Source of the DNA: Squalus acanthias | Lineage: Eukaryota | Length of the DNA stretch: 64,000 nt | Reading direction: 5' to 3' | NCBI GenBank assembly: GCA_030390025.1 | Contig: CM059432.1 | Location: forward strand, 149,918,001 to 149,982,000 | Shown: positions 26,523 to 39,459 of the stretch, in pieces | Layout of the letters: the number at the start of each line of letters is the position of its first letter | Numbering within the stretch: the first letter of the stretch is position 1 | Made by a program: the position numbers and the translations under genes | The notes under the pieces: model-generated | The model's input: only the letters and a program-made list of their open reading frames with translations | Told to the model about the DNA's origin: nothing | Database searches by the model: none

Positions 26523-28803
26523 GCAGTAAGATGTCTTTACTCTTATACTCAAATCCTCTTGTAATAAAGGCCAACATACCATTTGCTTTGCTAATTGCTT
26601 ACTGTACCTGCATGTTAACTTTCAGTGATTTGTGTACAAGTGCACCCAGGTCCCTCTGAACACCATCATTTCCCAATCTCTCACCATTTAAAAAATACAC
26701 TGCTTTTCTATCATTCCTACCAAAGTGGATAACTTCACATTTCTCCACATTATATTCCATTTGCCATGTTCTTGCCCACTCACTTAGCCTGTCTATATCC
26801 CCTTGAAGCCTCCTTGCATCCTCCTCACAACTTACATTCCCACCCAGCTTTGTATCATCAGCAAACTTGGATATATTACATTTGGTCCCCTCAACCAAAT
26901 CATTACTATAGATTGTGAATAGCTGAGGCCCAAGCACTGATCCTTGCGGTACCCCACTAGTTACAGCCTGCCAACCCGAAAATGGCCTGTTTATTCCTAC
27001 TCTCTGTTTTCTGTCTCTTAACCAATCCTCAATCCATGCTAGTATATTACCCCCAATCCCATGAGCCCTAATTTTGTTTAATAACCTTTTGTGTGGCACC
27101 TTATCGAATGCCTTCTGAAAATCCAAATACACCACATCCACTGGTTCCCCTTTATCTATTCCGCTAGTTACAACCTCAAAAAACTCTAACAGATTTGTCA
27201 AACACGATTTCCCTTTCATAAATCCGTGTTGACTCTACCCAATCCTATTATTATTTTCTAAGTGCCCTGTTACCATGTCCTTAATAATAGATTCTAGCAT
27301 TTTCCCTACTACTGATGTCAGGCTAACTGGTCTGTAGTTTCCCATTTTCTCTGTCCCTCCTTTCTTAAATAGTGGGGTTACATTTGCTACCTTCCAATCC
27401 GCAGGAACTGTTCTAGAATCTATGGAATTTTGGAAAATGACAACCAATGCATCCACTATCTCTATAGCCACCTCTTTCAAAACCCGAGGATGTAGGCCAT
27501 CAGGTCCAGGGGATTTATCGGCTTTCAGTCCCATTAATTTCTCCAGTACTATTCTTTTACTAATACTAATTTCTTTCAGTTCCTCATTCTCACTAGAGCC
27601 TTGGTTCTCCACTATTTCCGGAAAGTTTTTTGCGTCTTCTTCCGTGAAGACAGACACAAACTGTATTTGTTTAATTTCTCTGCCATTTCCTTATTCCCCA
27701 TTATAACTTCTTCTGTCTCAGCCTGTAAGGGACCCACATTTACTTTCGCTAATCTTTTCCTTTTTACATACCTATAGAAGCTTTTACAGTCTGTTTCTAT
27801 GTCTCTTGCTAGTTTACTCTCATATTCTATTTTCCCTTTCTTTATCAATTTCTTGGTCCTCCTTTGCTGAATTCTAAAATCCTCCCAATCCTCAGCCTCT
27901 TCCATTGATCTAATACTATCTTTAACTTCTCTTGTTAGCCATGGTTGGACCACTTTTCCTGTGGGGTTTTTGTGCCTTAAAGGAATGTATATTTGTTGCC
28001 AATTATGCATTAATTTTTTAAATGCTAGCCATTGCTTGTCTACCATCATACTTTTTAATGTAGTTTCCCAATCTACCTTAGCTAACTCTCCCCTCATACC
28101 TACGTAGTTTGCTTTGTTTAGATTTAAGACCCTAGTTTCGGATTTAACGAAATCACTTTCAAATTCAATATAAAATTCTATCATATCATGGTCACTCTTC
28201 CCTAAAGGCCCCTTTATTACAAGGTTATTAATTGACCCTTTCTCGTTGCACAATACTAGATCTAAAATAGCCTGTTCCCTAGTTGGTTCCTCAACATACT
28301 GATCTAGAAAACTAGCTTGCATACATTCCATGAATTCGTCCTCCACACTATTACTGCAAATTTGGTTTGCCCAGTCTATATGTAAATTAAAGTCCCCCAT
28401 GATCATTGTATTACCCTTGTTAAATGTGCCTCTAATTTCCTGATTTATACTCTGCCCTACATTACAACTACTGTTTGGGGGCCTATAAACAACTCCCACC
28501 AATGTTTTCTGCCCCTTGCTGTTTCTTAGCTCCACCCAAACTGATTCTACTTCTTGATTATCAGAGCTAAGATCCTTTCTCTCAACTGTCTTTATCCCAT
28601 CCTTTATTATCAGGGCTACCCCTCCTCCTTTTCCATTTTGCCTATCGTTTCTAAAAGTTAAATATCCTGGAATATTTAGTTCCCAACCTTGGCCACTTTG
28701 CAACCACGTCTCCGTAATGGCTATTAGATCAAACCTGTTCATTTCTATCTGCGCTATTAATTCATCTATTTTGTTGCGAATGCTTCGCGCGTTCAGATAT
28801 AAT

Positions 28804-29567
28804 GGCCCAGAAATTCGGCTGAATACGGGAGAGTACGCACTGTGTACTCACCCATATTCGGTCCCGAAGTGCCGGTTTCCTGCATGCACTGCGCATGCGC
28901 GGGAAACCGGCACTTCCGATATTGCGAAGGGGGCGGTTCCTAAGTGAACCGCGTGCGCACTACAGGCTGTGCGCACGCAGCACACTTAGGTTTTTTTTCA
29001 GGTTTGAACGCGAAGGTAAGTATTGAAGATTTTACACATGAAAAAAGGAGGCGTAAGACCCCCTTTTAACAAGGTAAGTAGTTAATTAAGTATTATTTTA
29101 CATTTTTTTCAACAGGTTTATCTTTTTTAGAGACTTTAAAGAAAGGTAAGTTTATTTTTATAACTTTTAAAAAGAATTTACATTTTTTCAAAAATTTAAA
29201 TTTTTGTTTAAAGTGGTTAATTTATTTAACTATAGTTATTTTATTAATGTGATGGGTTTTTTTAAATTTATTTGAGGTTTAGCTGTTCTTTTGGGGGCAA
29301 GTTGTATTCATATTTTTGACAGCTCTTCCTGTCAAAACTATGAATGAAAGATGGTGTGCTGCCATTGGCTCTCCATGGCCCACGTGATCCCAGAGGTCGC
29401 ATCGAACTAACTGCGCCTCTGGGACACGCACACACTGCGTGCCGGCACCAGGGAGAGGCCCAGGACCAGAAGTTCGTGTGGGCCCGAAACATAAAGGCAG
29501 GCGCGGTAGGTAAGATCGCACCGGATCCTTACCCCCGCGGCAACCATCGAAGTCTAATTTCTGGGCC
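28804..29567. mobile_element. PIF/Harbinger-type MITE with 3-bp TSD (AAT)
   Basis: Perfect 12-bp TIR GGCCCAGAAATT / AATTTCTGGGCC; AAT at 28801-28803 and 29568-29570. Confidence 0.9.
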
Positions 29568-30859
29568 AATGCCTTTAGCTTTGACTTATTTCTATTTTTC
29601 CCTGATGTCACCTTAGTCACTGATGCCTTATTACCTTTGTTACTCTCTCTGTCCTCCTTGACCCACTCTGCTTATTTTTACCCCAAACTCTGCACTGCAC
29701 TTGAACCTTGACATTTCTCTCGCTGCTTTTAAATTTGCTCTTTCCTGAATCCTCCCACCACCACCCCTTCATTAGTTTAAAGCCTTGTCTACTGCCCTAA
29801 TTATTCGGTTCGCCATGACACTGGTTCCAGCCCGGTTTAAGTGGAGCCCATCCCAATGGAACAGCTCCCTCTTTCGCCAGTACTGGTGCCAGTGCCCCAT
29901 GAACTGAAACCCCTTCCTCCCACACCACTCTTTGAGCCACACATTTAATCCTCTAATCTGTTTGCCCCTATGCCAATTTGCGCGTGGCTCAGGTAACAAT
30001 CCAGAGATTATTACCTTTGAGGTTCTGCTCTTTAATTTGGACGCTCGCTCCTCAAACTCCCTCAGCAGAAGCTCATTCCAATTCTACCTATGTCGTTGGT
30101 TCCTACATGGACCACGACAACTGGATCCTCCCCCTCCCACTCCAAGTTCTTCTCCAGCGAGGAGATGTCTTTAACCCTGGCACCGGGGCAGGCAACACAA
30201 CCTTCGGAACTCTCGGTCGGGGCTGCAGAGAACAGTATCTATCCCAGCCCACTAACACCTTCTCAGGACAACTAGGGTTGGGCAATAAATGCTGACACCC
30301 CAAGACTGAAGATATATATATATCGGCAAAAAAAGAGCTTACACATTTCGGGAGGGACAGCCCAGCCAAAAGACAGCGACCCCAACAATGGAGCAGAAGG
30401 CAAGCCTGGGGCCGCAGGTGGAGGGACGGCTTGGGGTTTGCGAAAGAGCACGGCCGCTGAAAGACATTTTTTCAGGGAAGCGATTGGTTCATTTTTATGA
30501 ATAGGAAACCTGGAAACATAGTGAAATAACTGGTTCAGTATTTTTGGGGGGATTGGTTACTTTTTAGCGTATATGAAATCTGAGCCAATCAACAAGCTTT
30601 GTGTCTGACAAGCACATTTGTCAGTGTGAATACAGATGCAAAACTTATATAAATTCTGTAGTTTTTCTTGTTTGTCTTTGGTCTTATATTTCCTGTATAT
30701 TTCTGAGGCAAGTATGTTAAATCTGCTCTGTGGTGACACCTGCTGACCAGTCTTTGTACTGCCGTTTCTTGACTGACCTGCAGTACTTCTGTGGAGTATT
30801 TCACCAGAAGCAAATCGCAGCCAGTATATATTATGCCGTTTGTCTCTTTTACCCTGTTA

Positions 30860-30972
30860 AAATCTGTTATATCTCTAACTTTTTCCAGCTCTGACTGAAA
30901 CGTTAACTCTGTGTCTCTCTCTCCGCAGATGCTGCCTGACCTGCTGAGTATTTCCAGCATTTTCTGTTTTTA
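30860..30972 (+). mobile_element. Second-family Penelope-like pseudo-LTR fragment with hammerhead helix II deleted
   Basis: Matches 34452-34552 but reads ctgac|tgaaacgttaact. Confidence 0.7.
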
Positions 30973-31326
30973 TATTGTGCTGTGTGTTTGAACAGTGGAA
31001 TCCAGTTCAATTCTAATTCATCAGAACGAACAAAATCACGCAAATAATGAAATACGCAAATGATAGGACTGACTGTATCATTGCTTACTTGGGAGAATCC
31101 GTGAGGTGGCTTTCCAGCAAGGACCCTCACTGAGCGAAACAAAAGAATGAATTTGCATTTATAAAGCTCAGGATGTTCCACCGCACTTTACAACCAATGG
31201 GTTACCTCTGAGGTGCAATCACTGTTGTTATATGGGTATGATGTGGAGATGCCGGTGTTGGACTGGGGTGGACAAATGTGAGAAGTCGCACAACACCAGG
31301 TTATAGTCCAACAGTTTTATTTGAAA

Positions 31327-31364
31327 TCACAAGCTTTCGGAGCTGCTGCCCCTTCGTCAGGTGA
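31327..31364 (-). ncRNA. Minimal hammerhead ribozyme motif
   Basis: TCAC-CTGACGA-A-GGGGC-AGCA-GCTCC-GAAA-GC-TT-GTGA. Confidence 0.8.
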
Positions 31365-31944
31365 AGTGAAGGAATACGAATCGGCAAAGCATATATAGAC
31401 AGAGAACAATGCCTGTGCAGAGAACAATGTCAGACGACTACAGTTAATCTTTCTGACTGCCTTTTATCACACCTCGGCAGAGAAACAATCAGGTCAGTCA
31501 GGAAGACATTATATCAAAGACATAGCAAAATACAACTAAGACAATGAGGTGGGGTCACAAGGGGTCTAATGTGTCAGATGCTGCAGTCTGTATGGAAAAC
31601 CATAAACTTTAAACTTTTTACTTTTTTTACTGGAAATCACATCTGTGAACAAGCCAACGACGACTCGAGTCTGGATGACTCTACGTCATGTAGCGTGACA
31701 TGAACCCAAGATCCCGGTTGAGGTCGTCCTCATGGGTGCTAAACTTGGCTATCAGTTTCTGCTCGATGATTTTGCGTTGTCGTGTGTCTCGAAGGCCGAC
31801 TTGGAAAACGCATACCCGAAGATCGGAAGCTGAATGTCCTTGACTGCTGAAGTGTTCCCCGACTGGGAGGTAACAATCCTGCCTGGCGATTGTTGCGCGG
31901 TGTCCGTTCATACGTTGTCGCATACGTTCATACGTTTCTTCACT

Positions 31945-31982
31945 TCACCTGACGAAGGAGCAGCCGCTCCGAAAGCTTGTGA
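31945..31982 (+). ncRNA. Minimal hammerhead ribozyme motif
   Basis: TCAC-CTGACGA-A-GGAGC-AGCC-GCTCC-GAAA-GC-TT-GTGA. Confidence 0.8.
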
Positions 31983-32408
31983 TTTCAAATAAAGCTGTTG
32001 GACTATAACCTGGTGTTGTGCGACTTCTCACTGTTATATGGGTAAACACAGCAGCCAACTTGCATACAACAAGGTCCCACAAACAGCAAATAAATGACCA
32101 GGTAATCTGTTTTTGATTGGAACATTGACCAGAACACCAGAACTCCCTCCTTAACTTTGAGTAGTGCCACGGGAATCTTTAATACCCACCTGAAAGGCAG
32201 CACGTTGGACAATGCAGCAATCCCTCGCTAGTTCCCTAAAATGCCAACCTATGTTATACGCGGCGGTCTGTCGTGGGCTTTGTGACTGTGCGCGTTCATG
32301 ACTGAGTCCAGGTGACTGCCATGTTCTGAGATTTTGATCATTTTTTTTCCTTCATGGAAAAGATTTTGGGATTGAGTTTTGATTAAGTCTTAGGTTTTAA
32401 AACAAAGT

Positions 32409-33940
32409 GGCCGCGAAATTGCCCCTCTCAGCACCGGCATTTTATGCCCAGTTTCAGCAGAAAAATGGCGGCCGCCTCGCTTCTGGCAACTTCCGGCGTG
32501 GGCCGAGGCGGCCGCCATTTTGGGCAGGTCGCTAGTGCAGCGGAAGAATGCAAATGAGGCACATTGCAGTCTCAATCAGCGTATAACGCAGATTTGATGC
32601 ACAACCTGCTAATTCGGACATTGCCGCTCCTCTGAACACCCTCTCCGAGTACACAAACCTGAAGGTACGTTCAGCTGCACAACGGACCTCACACCAGCGC
32701 TACTAGAGGGACACACATAAGTTGCTCTTTGCTTTTGTACTGGTTCCTGTACAGTTTATTTGAGTAGTGGCTTAATGAAACATTTAAAAAGTTGTTAAAG
32801 AGTGCAGGGAGTGCAGGGAGGTTTGCGAGGTGTTGGCTCTTAAAGACAGGCCTCTGAGTACACCACTTGCTCCCAGTCCTGGGGGCTTTAGTTGCAGTCC
32901 CCCTCGCGCTGCAGCATGACATGGCGATGGAGCAGAGGCAGCAAAGGGGACAAGCTGCTCGCAGAGGGAGGAGGAGGAGGGCTCTCAGCAGGAGGCCTTG
33001 CTCATCTAGGGTCTTCAGGGAGCACTTCTCCTCCCTGCACCTAAGCCAGGAGCAATGTGTTCGTTTGCTTCGCTTCACCAAGGAGGTGGTCACAGAACTC
33101 TGTCACCTCCTGCAACCTGGAGCCACAGAGCAGGGCGAGGACGGTGCTGCCAGTGGCCCTCAAGGTGAATGTGGCCCTGAATCTTTTTGCCAGCAGATCC
33201 TTCCGGGCTAGAACAAGCAACACAACTAACATCTCGCAGTTCGTCATCCATTGCTGCATCCGAGAGGTCACAGAGTCTCTGTACACTAGGAGAGGGGACT
33301 TCATTGTCTTCTCTCTAAACGGAGAGAAGCAGGAGGAGCGCGGACATGGCTTTGCCAGGATATCGGGCTTCCCATTGGTGCAGGGCGCCATCGACTGAGA
33401 TGTACCACAACCGCAAAGGCTACCACTCACTGAATGTGCAGTTGGTGTGCGACCATGCCCAGCACATCATGATGGTGAATGCCCGCTATCCTGGCGGCAG
33501 TCATGATGGATGCCTTCATCCTGCGCCAGACCGGTGTGCCAGGAATATTCCAGGCAGCACGTCAAACCCGGGGATGGCTGCTCAGTGACAAGGGATAACT
33601 GCTCCACACCTGGCTGAGGACTCCCCTCCGCACCCACCACCCGTGGCCAGCAATCATATAACGAGAGCCAGGCTGCCACACGAAACATCATAGAGCAGAC
33701 AATTGGGGTGCTGAAGCAATGGTTCCACTGCCTGGACCGCTCTGGAGGAGCCCTACACTATTCACCGGAGCATGTGTCCCGATTCATTGTGGTCTGCTGT
33801 ATCCTTAACTGCCTGGCCATCATGAGGGCACAGCCCTTGCCACCAGGGATATGGGCACCAGCTCAGGAGCAGGAGGAAGAGGAGAAGAGGAGGAAGAGGA
33901 AAAGGAAGAAGCAGAAGAGGAGGAGGAAAAGGAAGGAGGC
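32409..33940 (+). mobile_element. PIF/Harbinger transposon with disrupted HARBI1-like DDE transposase (about 32867-33935)
   Basis: Motifs [53 protein letters not shown] across frameshifts and stops; left TIR ggccgcgaaatt. Confidence 0.9.
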
Positions 33941-34290
33941 AAATGTTTCTGTATGTCTGGATTATTGCAGAGAGTGGTTTGCAGCATCAGAATTGCAAAT
34001 TTGACTTCAGCAGCAGTTTGAGTTTATTAAACATGTTGACTTGTTCCTGGAGATAATGCCCAGTTCAAAATTGAATCAATAATCTCAGTCCCAAATCAAA
34101 TAGTTTCTGGAGGGAAAAAGAGCTAAACTGTGTCAAACGAGAAAAAGCAGCTGTTAGCTAATTAGTGCATCTGTATGCGGCGATAGAGATTGTTACTCTG
34201 GCGGATTATTCCATGACCGTACTCGGGCCAATTTGTTACTTTGGTCAGCTGGGTGTCTGACACATGCAGAACCCGTCACAGTGTATAATA

Positions 34291-34552
34291 TAGTACAAAA
34301 GCAAAATACTGCGGATGCTGGAAATCTGAAATAAAAACAGAAAATGCTGGAAATACTCAGCAGGTCAGGCAGAATCTGTGGAGAGAGAAACAGAGTTAAC
34401 GTTTCAGGTCGATGACCCTTCGTCAGAACTGGGTCATCCAGAACCCCTCCCGGTTCTGACGCAGGGTCATTGACCTGAAACATTAACTCTGTTTCTCTCT
34501 CCACAGATGCTGCCTGACCTGCTGAGTATTTCCAGCATTTTCTGTTTTTATT
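34291..34552. mobile_element. Fold-back mini-element of a second Penelope-like family
   Basis: Inverted arms of about 100 bp (34331-34430 / 34452-34552); 13-bp TSD ACAGTGTATAATA. PLE assignment is inferred from architecture and the hammerhead. Confidence 0.75.
34394..34430 (-). ncRNA. Minimal hammerhead ribozyme motif (variant C)
   Basis: AGTT-CTGACGA-A-GGGTC-ATC-GACCT-GAAA-CG-TT-AACT. The mirror copy at 34452-34488 (+) has two substitutions in the core and loop III. Confidence 0.8.
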
Positions 34553-34774
34553 ACAGTGTATAATAGTCTCTGAATCAACTGCTGAATTAATCAGTGAAAT
34601 AGTTTCTATTGCCTGATGTGAAGTGTATTCTCTCCCTATAGGAACACAAGCATTTACATAGGTTAGCAAGAACCAGGCCTTAGGGTTTCTTGAGTGTGCA
34701 CAGGGGTAACGCCGGAACCTAGCTGTCTAAAACAGCACCATTTACCAGGAATTTTCACTAATCAACCGTCGAAG

Positions 34775-35120
34775 AAAAAGAAAGAACTTGCATTTCTATA
34801 GCGCCTTCCATGGCCTTATGACATCCCAAAGCGCTTTACAGCTAATTAGGTACTTTTCAAGTGTAGTCACTGCTGTAATGTAGGAAACGCGGCAGCCAAT
34901 TTGCGCACAGCAAGCTCCCACAAACAGCAATGAGCTAATGACCAGGTCATCTGTTTTAATGATGTTGATTGAGTGATAGATATTGGGCCGGACAGCAGGG
35001 AGAACTCCGCTGCTCTTCTTCTTATGTCCACTTGAGAGAGCAGATGGGGCCTCGGTTTAGCACCTCATCTCCAAAGACTGCGCCTCCGGCAGTGCAGAGC
35101 TCCCTCAGTACTGCACTGGG
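34775..35120 (-). mobile_element. Deu-domain SINE, 5'-truncated
   Basis: Homologous to 4673-5040. Confidence 0.85.
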
Positions 35121-35807
35121 GTAAAAAGCGAGGTGTGATAGCCTCTGTCCACAGATGTGTGTGTGTGTGTGTCAATGGATTGGTGCCGAGCACCTCCCAT
35201 GCAGAATGACCTGGCTGGCATCCCTTTGAAGATCCTTCTTTCCTTCCAAATCAGATAGGGGGATTCCCTTTGGGAAACCCATTTATGCCAGTAATGTTGC
35301 TGGGGGTAAGAAATAAATCATTTACAACAATCGGTACAAAGAAGTAAAAACTTTTAGGGAAGGACTGAAACACTTGTACTTAATCGTGTCCTTTCCATGA
35401 CTTTCTCTACACTTAATGCCACATAACAACCCTGATTGCCCACTTCACAGAGCTGGAAGTTACATTTCGCACACCAAGATGGTGGGAAATGTCACAGGCT
35501 CCAAAATGAGTATTTAAAGGGATCAGCTGCCTGTTTGAGGTGTGAGTTTCCTACTCTATTATCTCCACCCTCTTAAAAGGAAGCCAGGCTGTAATGTGGA
35601 TGGGGTTCCAGTGGCATAAAACTCGCTGCCCAATTTCTGTTACCAGCCACCTGATTGACGCCTCTACACCATGTACCCAGCAGTAGATAATCTAGGATCC
35701 CCGATCTGGGCTCACACATGGAGAAGTGTGTCCATGAGGGAGGGGTGGAAAGAAAACCTGGAGGCAAAACATGAGGACAATGCAGCAATAACATTGTGCA
35801 TGCGTGA

Positions 35808-37535
35808 TTACATAGGATTACATAGGATATACAGCACAGAAACAGGCCATTCGGCCCAACCAGTCCATGCCGGCGTTTATGCTTTACTTGAGTTTCCTCC
35901 CATCCTTCCTTATCTAACTCTAGCAGCATAACCCTCTATTTTCTTCTCCTTCATGTGCTTATCTAGCTTTAATGCATCTATACTATTCGCCTCAAATACT
36001 CCCTGTGGTAGACGACACATAGCTGGGTGGGCGAGTGTGCTGTGAGGAGGATGCAGAGAAACTCCAGTATGATTTGGACAGGTTGGGTGAGTGGGCAAAT
36101 GCAGTATAATGTGGATAAATGTGAGGTTATCCACTTTGGTGGCAGAAACAGGAAGGCAGATTATTATCTGAACGACAATAGATTAGGAAAAGGGGAGGTG
36201 CAACGAGACCTGGGTGTCCTTGTGCACCAGTCACTGAAGGTAAGCATGCAGGTGCAGCAGGCGGTTAAGAAGGCAAATGGTAGGTTGGCCTTCATAGCGA
36301 GAGGGTTCGAGTACAGGAGCAAGGATGTCTTGCTGCAGTTGTACAGGGCCTTGGTGAGACCACACCTTGAGTATTGTGTGCAGTTTTGGTCGCCTTATCT
36401 GAGGAAGGTTGTTCTTGCCATGGAGGGAGTGCAGCGAAGATTCACCAGACTGATACCTGGGATGGCAGGGATGACGTATGAAGAGAGATTGGGTCGATTA
36501 GGCTTATACTCGCTAGAGTTTAGAAGAATGAGAGGGGATCTCATTGAAACCTATAAAATTCTAACAGGACTAGACAGACTAGATGCAGGAAGGATGTTCC
36601 CGATGGCGGGTGAGTCCAGAACCAGGGGTCACAGTCTAAGGATAAGGGGTAAGCCATTTAGGACTGAGATGAGGAGGAATTTCTTCACCCAGAGAGTGGT
36701 GAACCTGTGGAATTCTCTACCACACAAGGCAGTTGAGGCCAATTCATTAAATATATTCAAGAAGGAGTTAGATATATTTCTTAAGGCTAAAGGGATCAAG
36801 GGATATGGGGAGAAAGCAGGGACAGGGTACTGAATTTGGATGATCAGCCATGATCTCATTAAATGGCAGAGCAGGCTCGAGGGGCCAAATGGCCTACTCC
36901 TGCTCCTATCTTCTATGTTTCTATGTTCCACATTCTCACCACTCTTTGGGTAAAGAAGTTTCTTCTGAATTCCCTATTGGATTTCTTGGTGACTATCTTA
37001 TATTGATGTCCTCTGGTTTTGCTCTTCCCCACAAGTGGAAACAATCTCTCTGTATCCACTCTATCAAAACCTTTCACAATTTTAAAGACCTCAATTAGGT
37101 CACCCCTCAGACTGTTCATCCTTTCCTCATAGGTATAACCTCGCAGTTCTAGTATCATCCTCGCAAATCTTTTTTACACCCTCTCCAGTACCTCTATATC
37201 CTTTTTATAATATGGCGACCAAAACTGTACACAGTACTCCAAGTGTGGTCTAACCAAGGTTCGATACAGGTTTAGGATAACTTAACTACTTTTCAATTCT
37301 ATCCTTCTAGAAATAAACCCTAGTGCTTGATTTGCTTTTGTTATGGCCTTGCTAACCTGTGTCTCAACATTTAGTGATTTGTGTATTTGTACTCCGAGAT
37401 CCCTTTGTTCCTCTGCCCCATTTAGATTTTCATTTTCCAAGTAATATGTGACCTCCTTATTTTTCTTACCAAAATGTAATCCTCGCACTTATCTATGTTG
37501 AAATTCATTTGCCAATTATATGCCCATTCTGCCAT
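35808..37535 (-). mobile_element. CR1 fragment split by a younger opposite-strand CR1
   Basis: Tail at 35808-36011 continues at 36926-37535 (RGDLIEVFKIVKGFDRVD). The same tail family occurs at 47472-47655. Confidence 0.85.
36012..36925 (+). mobile_element. Young CR1 3' portion
   Basis: ORF 36027-36833; near-identical to 7817-8672. Confidence 0.95.
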
Positions 37536-37729
37536 TGCCAATATGATTGATTGCTGTTCACTGACCAATATTACAGCACCCCTTACAAGATTGTAAGGCA
37601 ACCGTTACAAGGCATTTGTTAAGTTGTGTCGGGAAAAGGAGCAAGGTTTGACTCAGCTCATGAATGCCATTCCAAATGAAAACACACCATAATTGCTTGC
37701 AGAATAGTCATCTACAGAAAGGAAAAGAG

Positions 37730-38025
37730 GAATGGCTTGTGAGGGTGGCACCTTATCACGTCCCAAGGCCATCCCAGAGTGCTTCAGAACCAACAAATTA
37801 GTTTTTAAGTGCAGTTACTGTTGGCAAACCCTGTGCCCAATGTGAGTGTAGCAAGGTCCCACAAACAGAACATGAGATGAATGACCAAGTGATTTGTTTT
37901 TTTGGTTAGGGGAGGAACCTTATCCAAGACTTTGCAAGAGCCTCCTGCTCTTCTTCAAATGGTCTCACGGGATCTTTTACATCTGCCTGAACAGTTTAAT
38001 GTGTCATCTGAAAAACAGCACCTCT
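37730..38025 (-). mobile_element. Old Deu-SINE fragment
   Basis: Core cctgctcttcttcaaat..gggatcttttac. Confidence 0.65.
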
Positions 38026-38743
38026 GGCAAACTTTTACTTTACCTGCAAGACAAGGGGACCTGGAATTTCCTGTTTATTTGTGCCCAGAGACACGCGCAA
38101 TCAGGATGGAAGTCAAATACACAGCCTAAAAGATCATGGGATTTTGGGGCCTAGGTGAGTTCTGCGCGTCAGTACAATGCGCCAATTCTCCACCATCTTT
38201 TACAGTCATCTATTGATCCCTCCACCCGAGCACATCTCTGCCCACAAAATGACCCCCCCCACCCCCCACACCCCAAAGTTACAGAGCCTTATACGCCCAG
38301 TTCCTGCAATTGCATTTGCTTAAATGTTCTCTTCAAATTATGACGAGATTTTCAGGTGCAGCAGGAAACAAAATCATTTTTCTGCGGGCTTATTGCATTT
38401 TTTTGAGCGTTTGTTTCTTAATTTATGCTCACTGAGAACTCCTCTGTAATATCTGCTTCTGGGAAAAGTCCACACTAAAAATTGAAAAGCTTCCCTGATC
38501 ACAGGCTGTGATGTGCCTGATGTGCATAAATTATAGTTAAATAAGTTTCCCTTTAATAAAAATTAAATTGAGCTTAAAATGAACATTTATAAAAATATTC
38601 ATGAAATGATTTATAATGCAGGAATACACGTAGTGACTGGGATCTTTACAAATGCAAACTTTAACTTCAGTGATAGGATCTGAAGCTTGGAGGACATTTT
38701 TCTCTGTTTTTCTTTTCTTTCTTTCTCTCCTTGGTATTGTCAG

Positions 38744-38867
38744 TCTGGATAGTTCACCAATGAATCCAGTTGGAGTTGGACAAGTTGTAAAAATAGATAC
38801 TGCTGTTGGCTCAGGCGCAGCTGCACTCAAACCGCATCAGGCATCACTTGAAGCCTCAATGTATTAA
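38744..38867 (+). CDS. Candidate terminal coding exon of an unidentified gene
   Basis: About 35-nt polypyrimidine tract plus cag, then LDSSPMNPVGVGQVVKIDTAVGSGAAALKPHQASLEASMY* in unique DNA. Confidence 0.3.
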
Positions 38868-39459
38868 GCTGTCAGTCAAATCTTCCAATCTAAGGGACTG
38901 CATAATAATGTGGTGTGTGTTTACAGTAAGTGGGTCCTGTTGTATTTTGCATTCTGTTCATCAAGGCGGTTGTTTGGAGAACAGGGACGCCCAAGTTTTT
39001 TGTTTTTGTGGTTCTGAGCCTCGCCAGGTAGGAGTGCAGGCATAGAATTAGCCCGAAGTGTTCCAGCCCTGTCTTCAACCCTTGCTGCTCAGGTTCCATT
39101 CCAGCAGCTGATCTTCAGTAAATTTGCCCTATAAAGTTTGATTCCGCGTTCCCTTTAGTTTAAATATATCTCAAGTTGCGGACAGGAACAGACCTCGGTG
39201 TTCTGATTTAGGTTTTATCCCCCAATGGGGCAACGGTGCTAAGAGCAGCCCTTTGCAAACCTCCAGGCCCATGAGATTCAAACAGCACAAGCCAGTGAGT
39301 AAGAAGTATTGGGGTAATTTTGTCAAACTGGTGGGGACTCGGGCCCACCGAGAATGCATATCGGTAATTCCGGCACGCGCTCTGCATTATTTCCCGACCT
39401 TTCAGTTGCAAGGTCGCATGGAGTGCTCCTTGGAGATTCCCAATATGCGCTGACACCGT

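Larger units (their letters stand above)
24225..30243 (-). mobile_element. Near full-length CR1 LINE (ORF1 SGNH esterase, ORF2 APE and RT), disrupted and hosting three insertions
   Basis: ORF1 WDGLHLNRAG (29772-30240); APE ITETW, VYRPP, MGDFN, LDLV, SDH (27612-28800); RT KSPGPDG, YRPVSL, VPQGS, FADD (26530-27657); C-terminus at 25025-25263 and 24225-24573. A stop and a frameshift lie near 27235 and 27657. Confidence 0.95.
31239..32031 (-). mobile_element. 5'-truncated Penelope-like element: GIY-YIG C-terminus, 3' pseudo-LTR and inverted partial pseudo-LTR
   Basis: ORF 31681-31923 RQRMNGHR...PVGEHF...EQKLIAKFSTHEDDLNRDLG; 31934-32031 is the reverse complement of 31278-31372; 13-bp TSD TGTTATATGGGTA. 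Confidence 0.9.
31140..32295 (-). mobile_element. Old Deu-SINE split by the Penelope insertion
   Basis: SINE tail at 31140-31238 continues at 32032-32295. Confidence 0.75.

Noticed and set aside
32867..33935. Domesticated host HARBI1 gene
   Set aside because: Frameshifts, stops, an adjacent TIR and multiple related copies indicate a decayed transposon.
38537..38830. Minus-strand 97-aa ORF with basic RRERKKRK patch
   Set aside because: The basic patch is the reverse complement of the + strand polypyrimidine tract; no convincing minus-strand splice sites.
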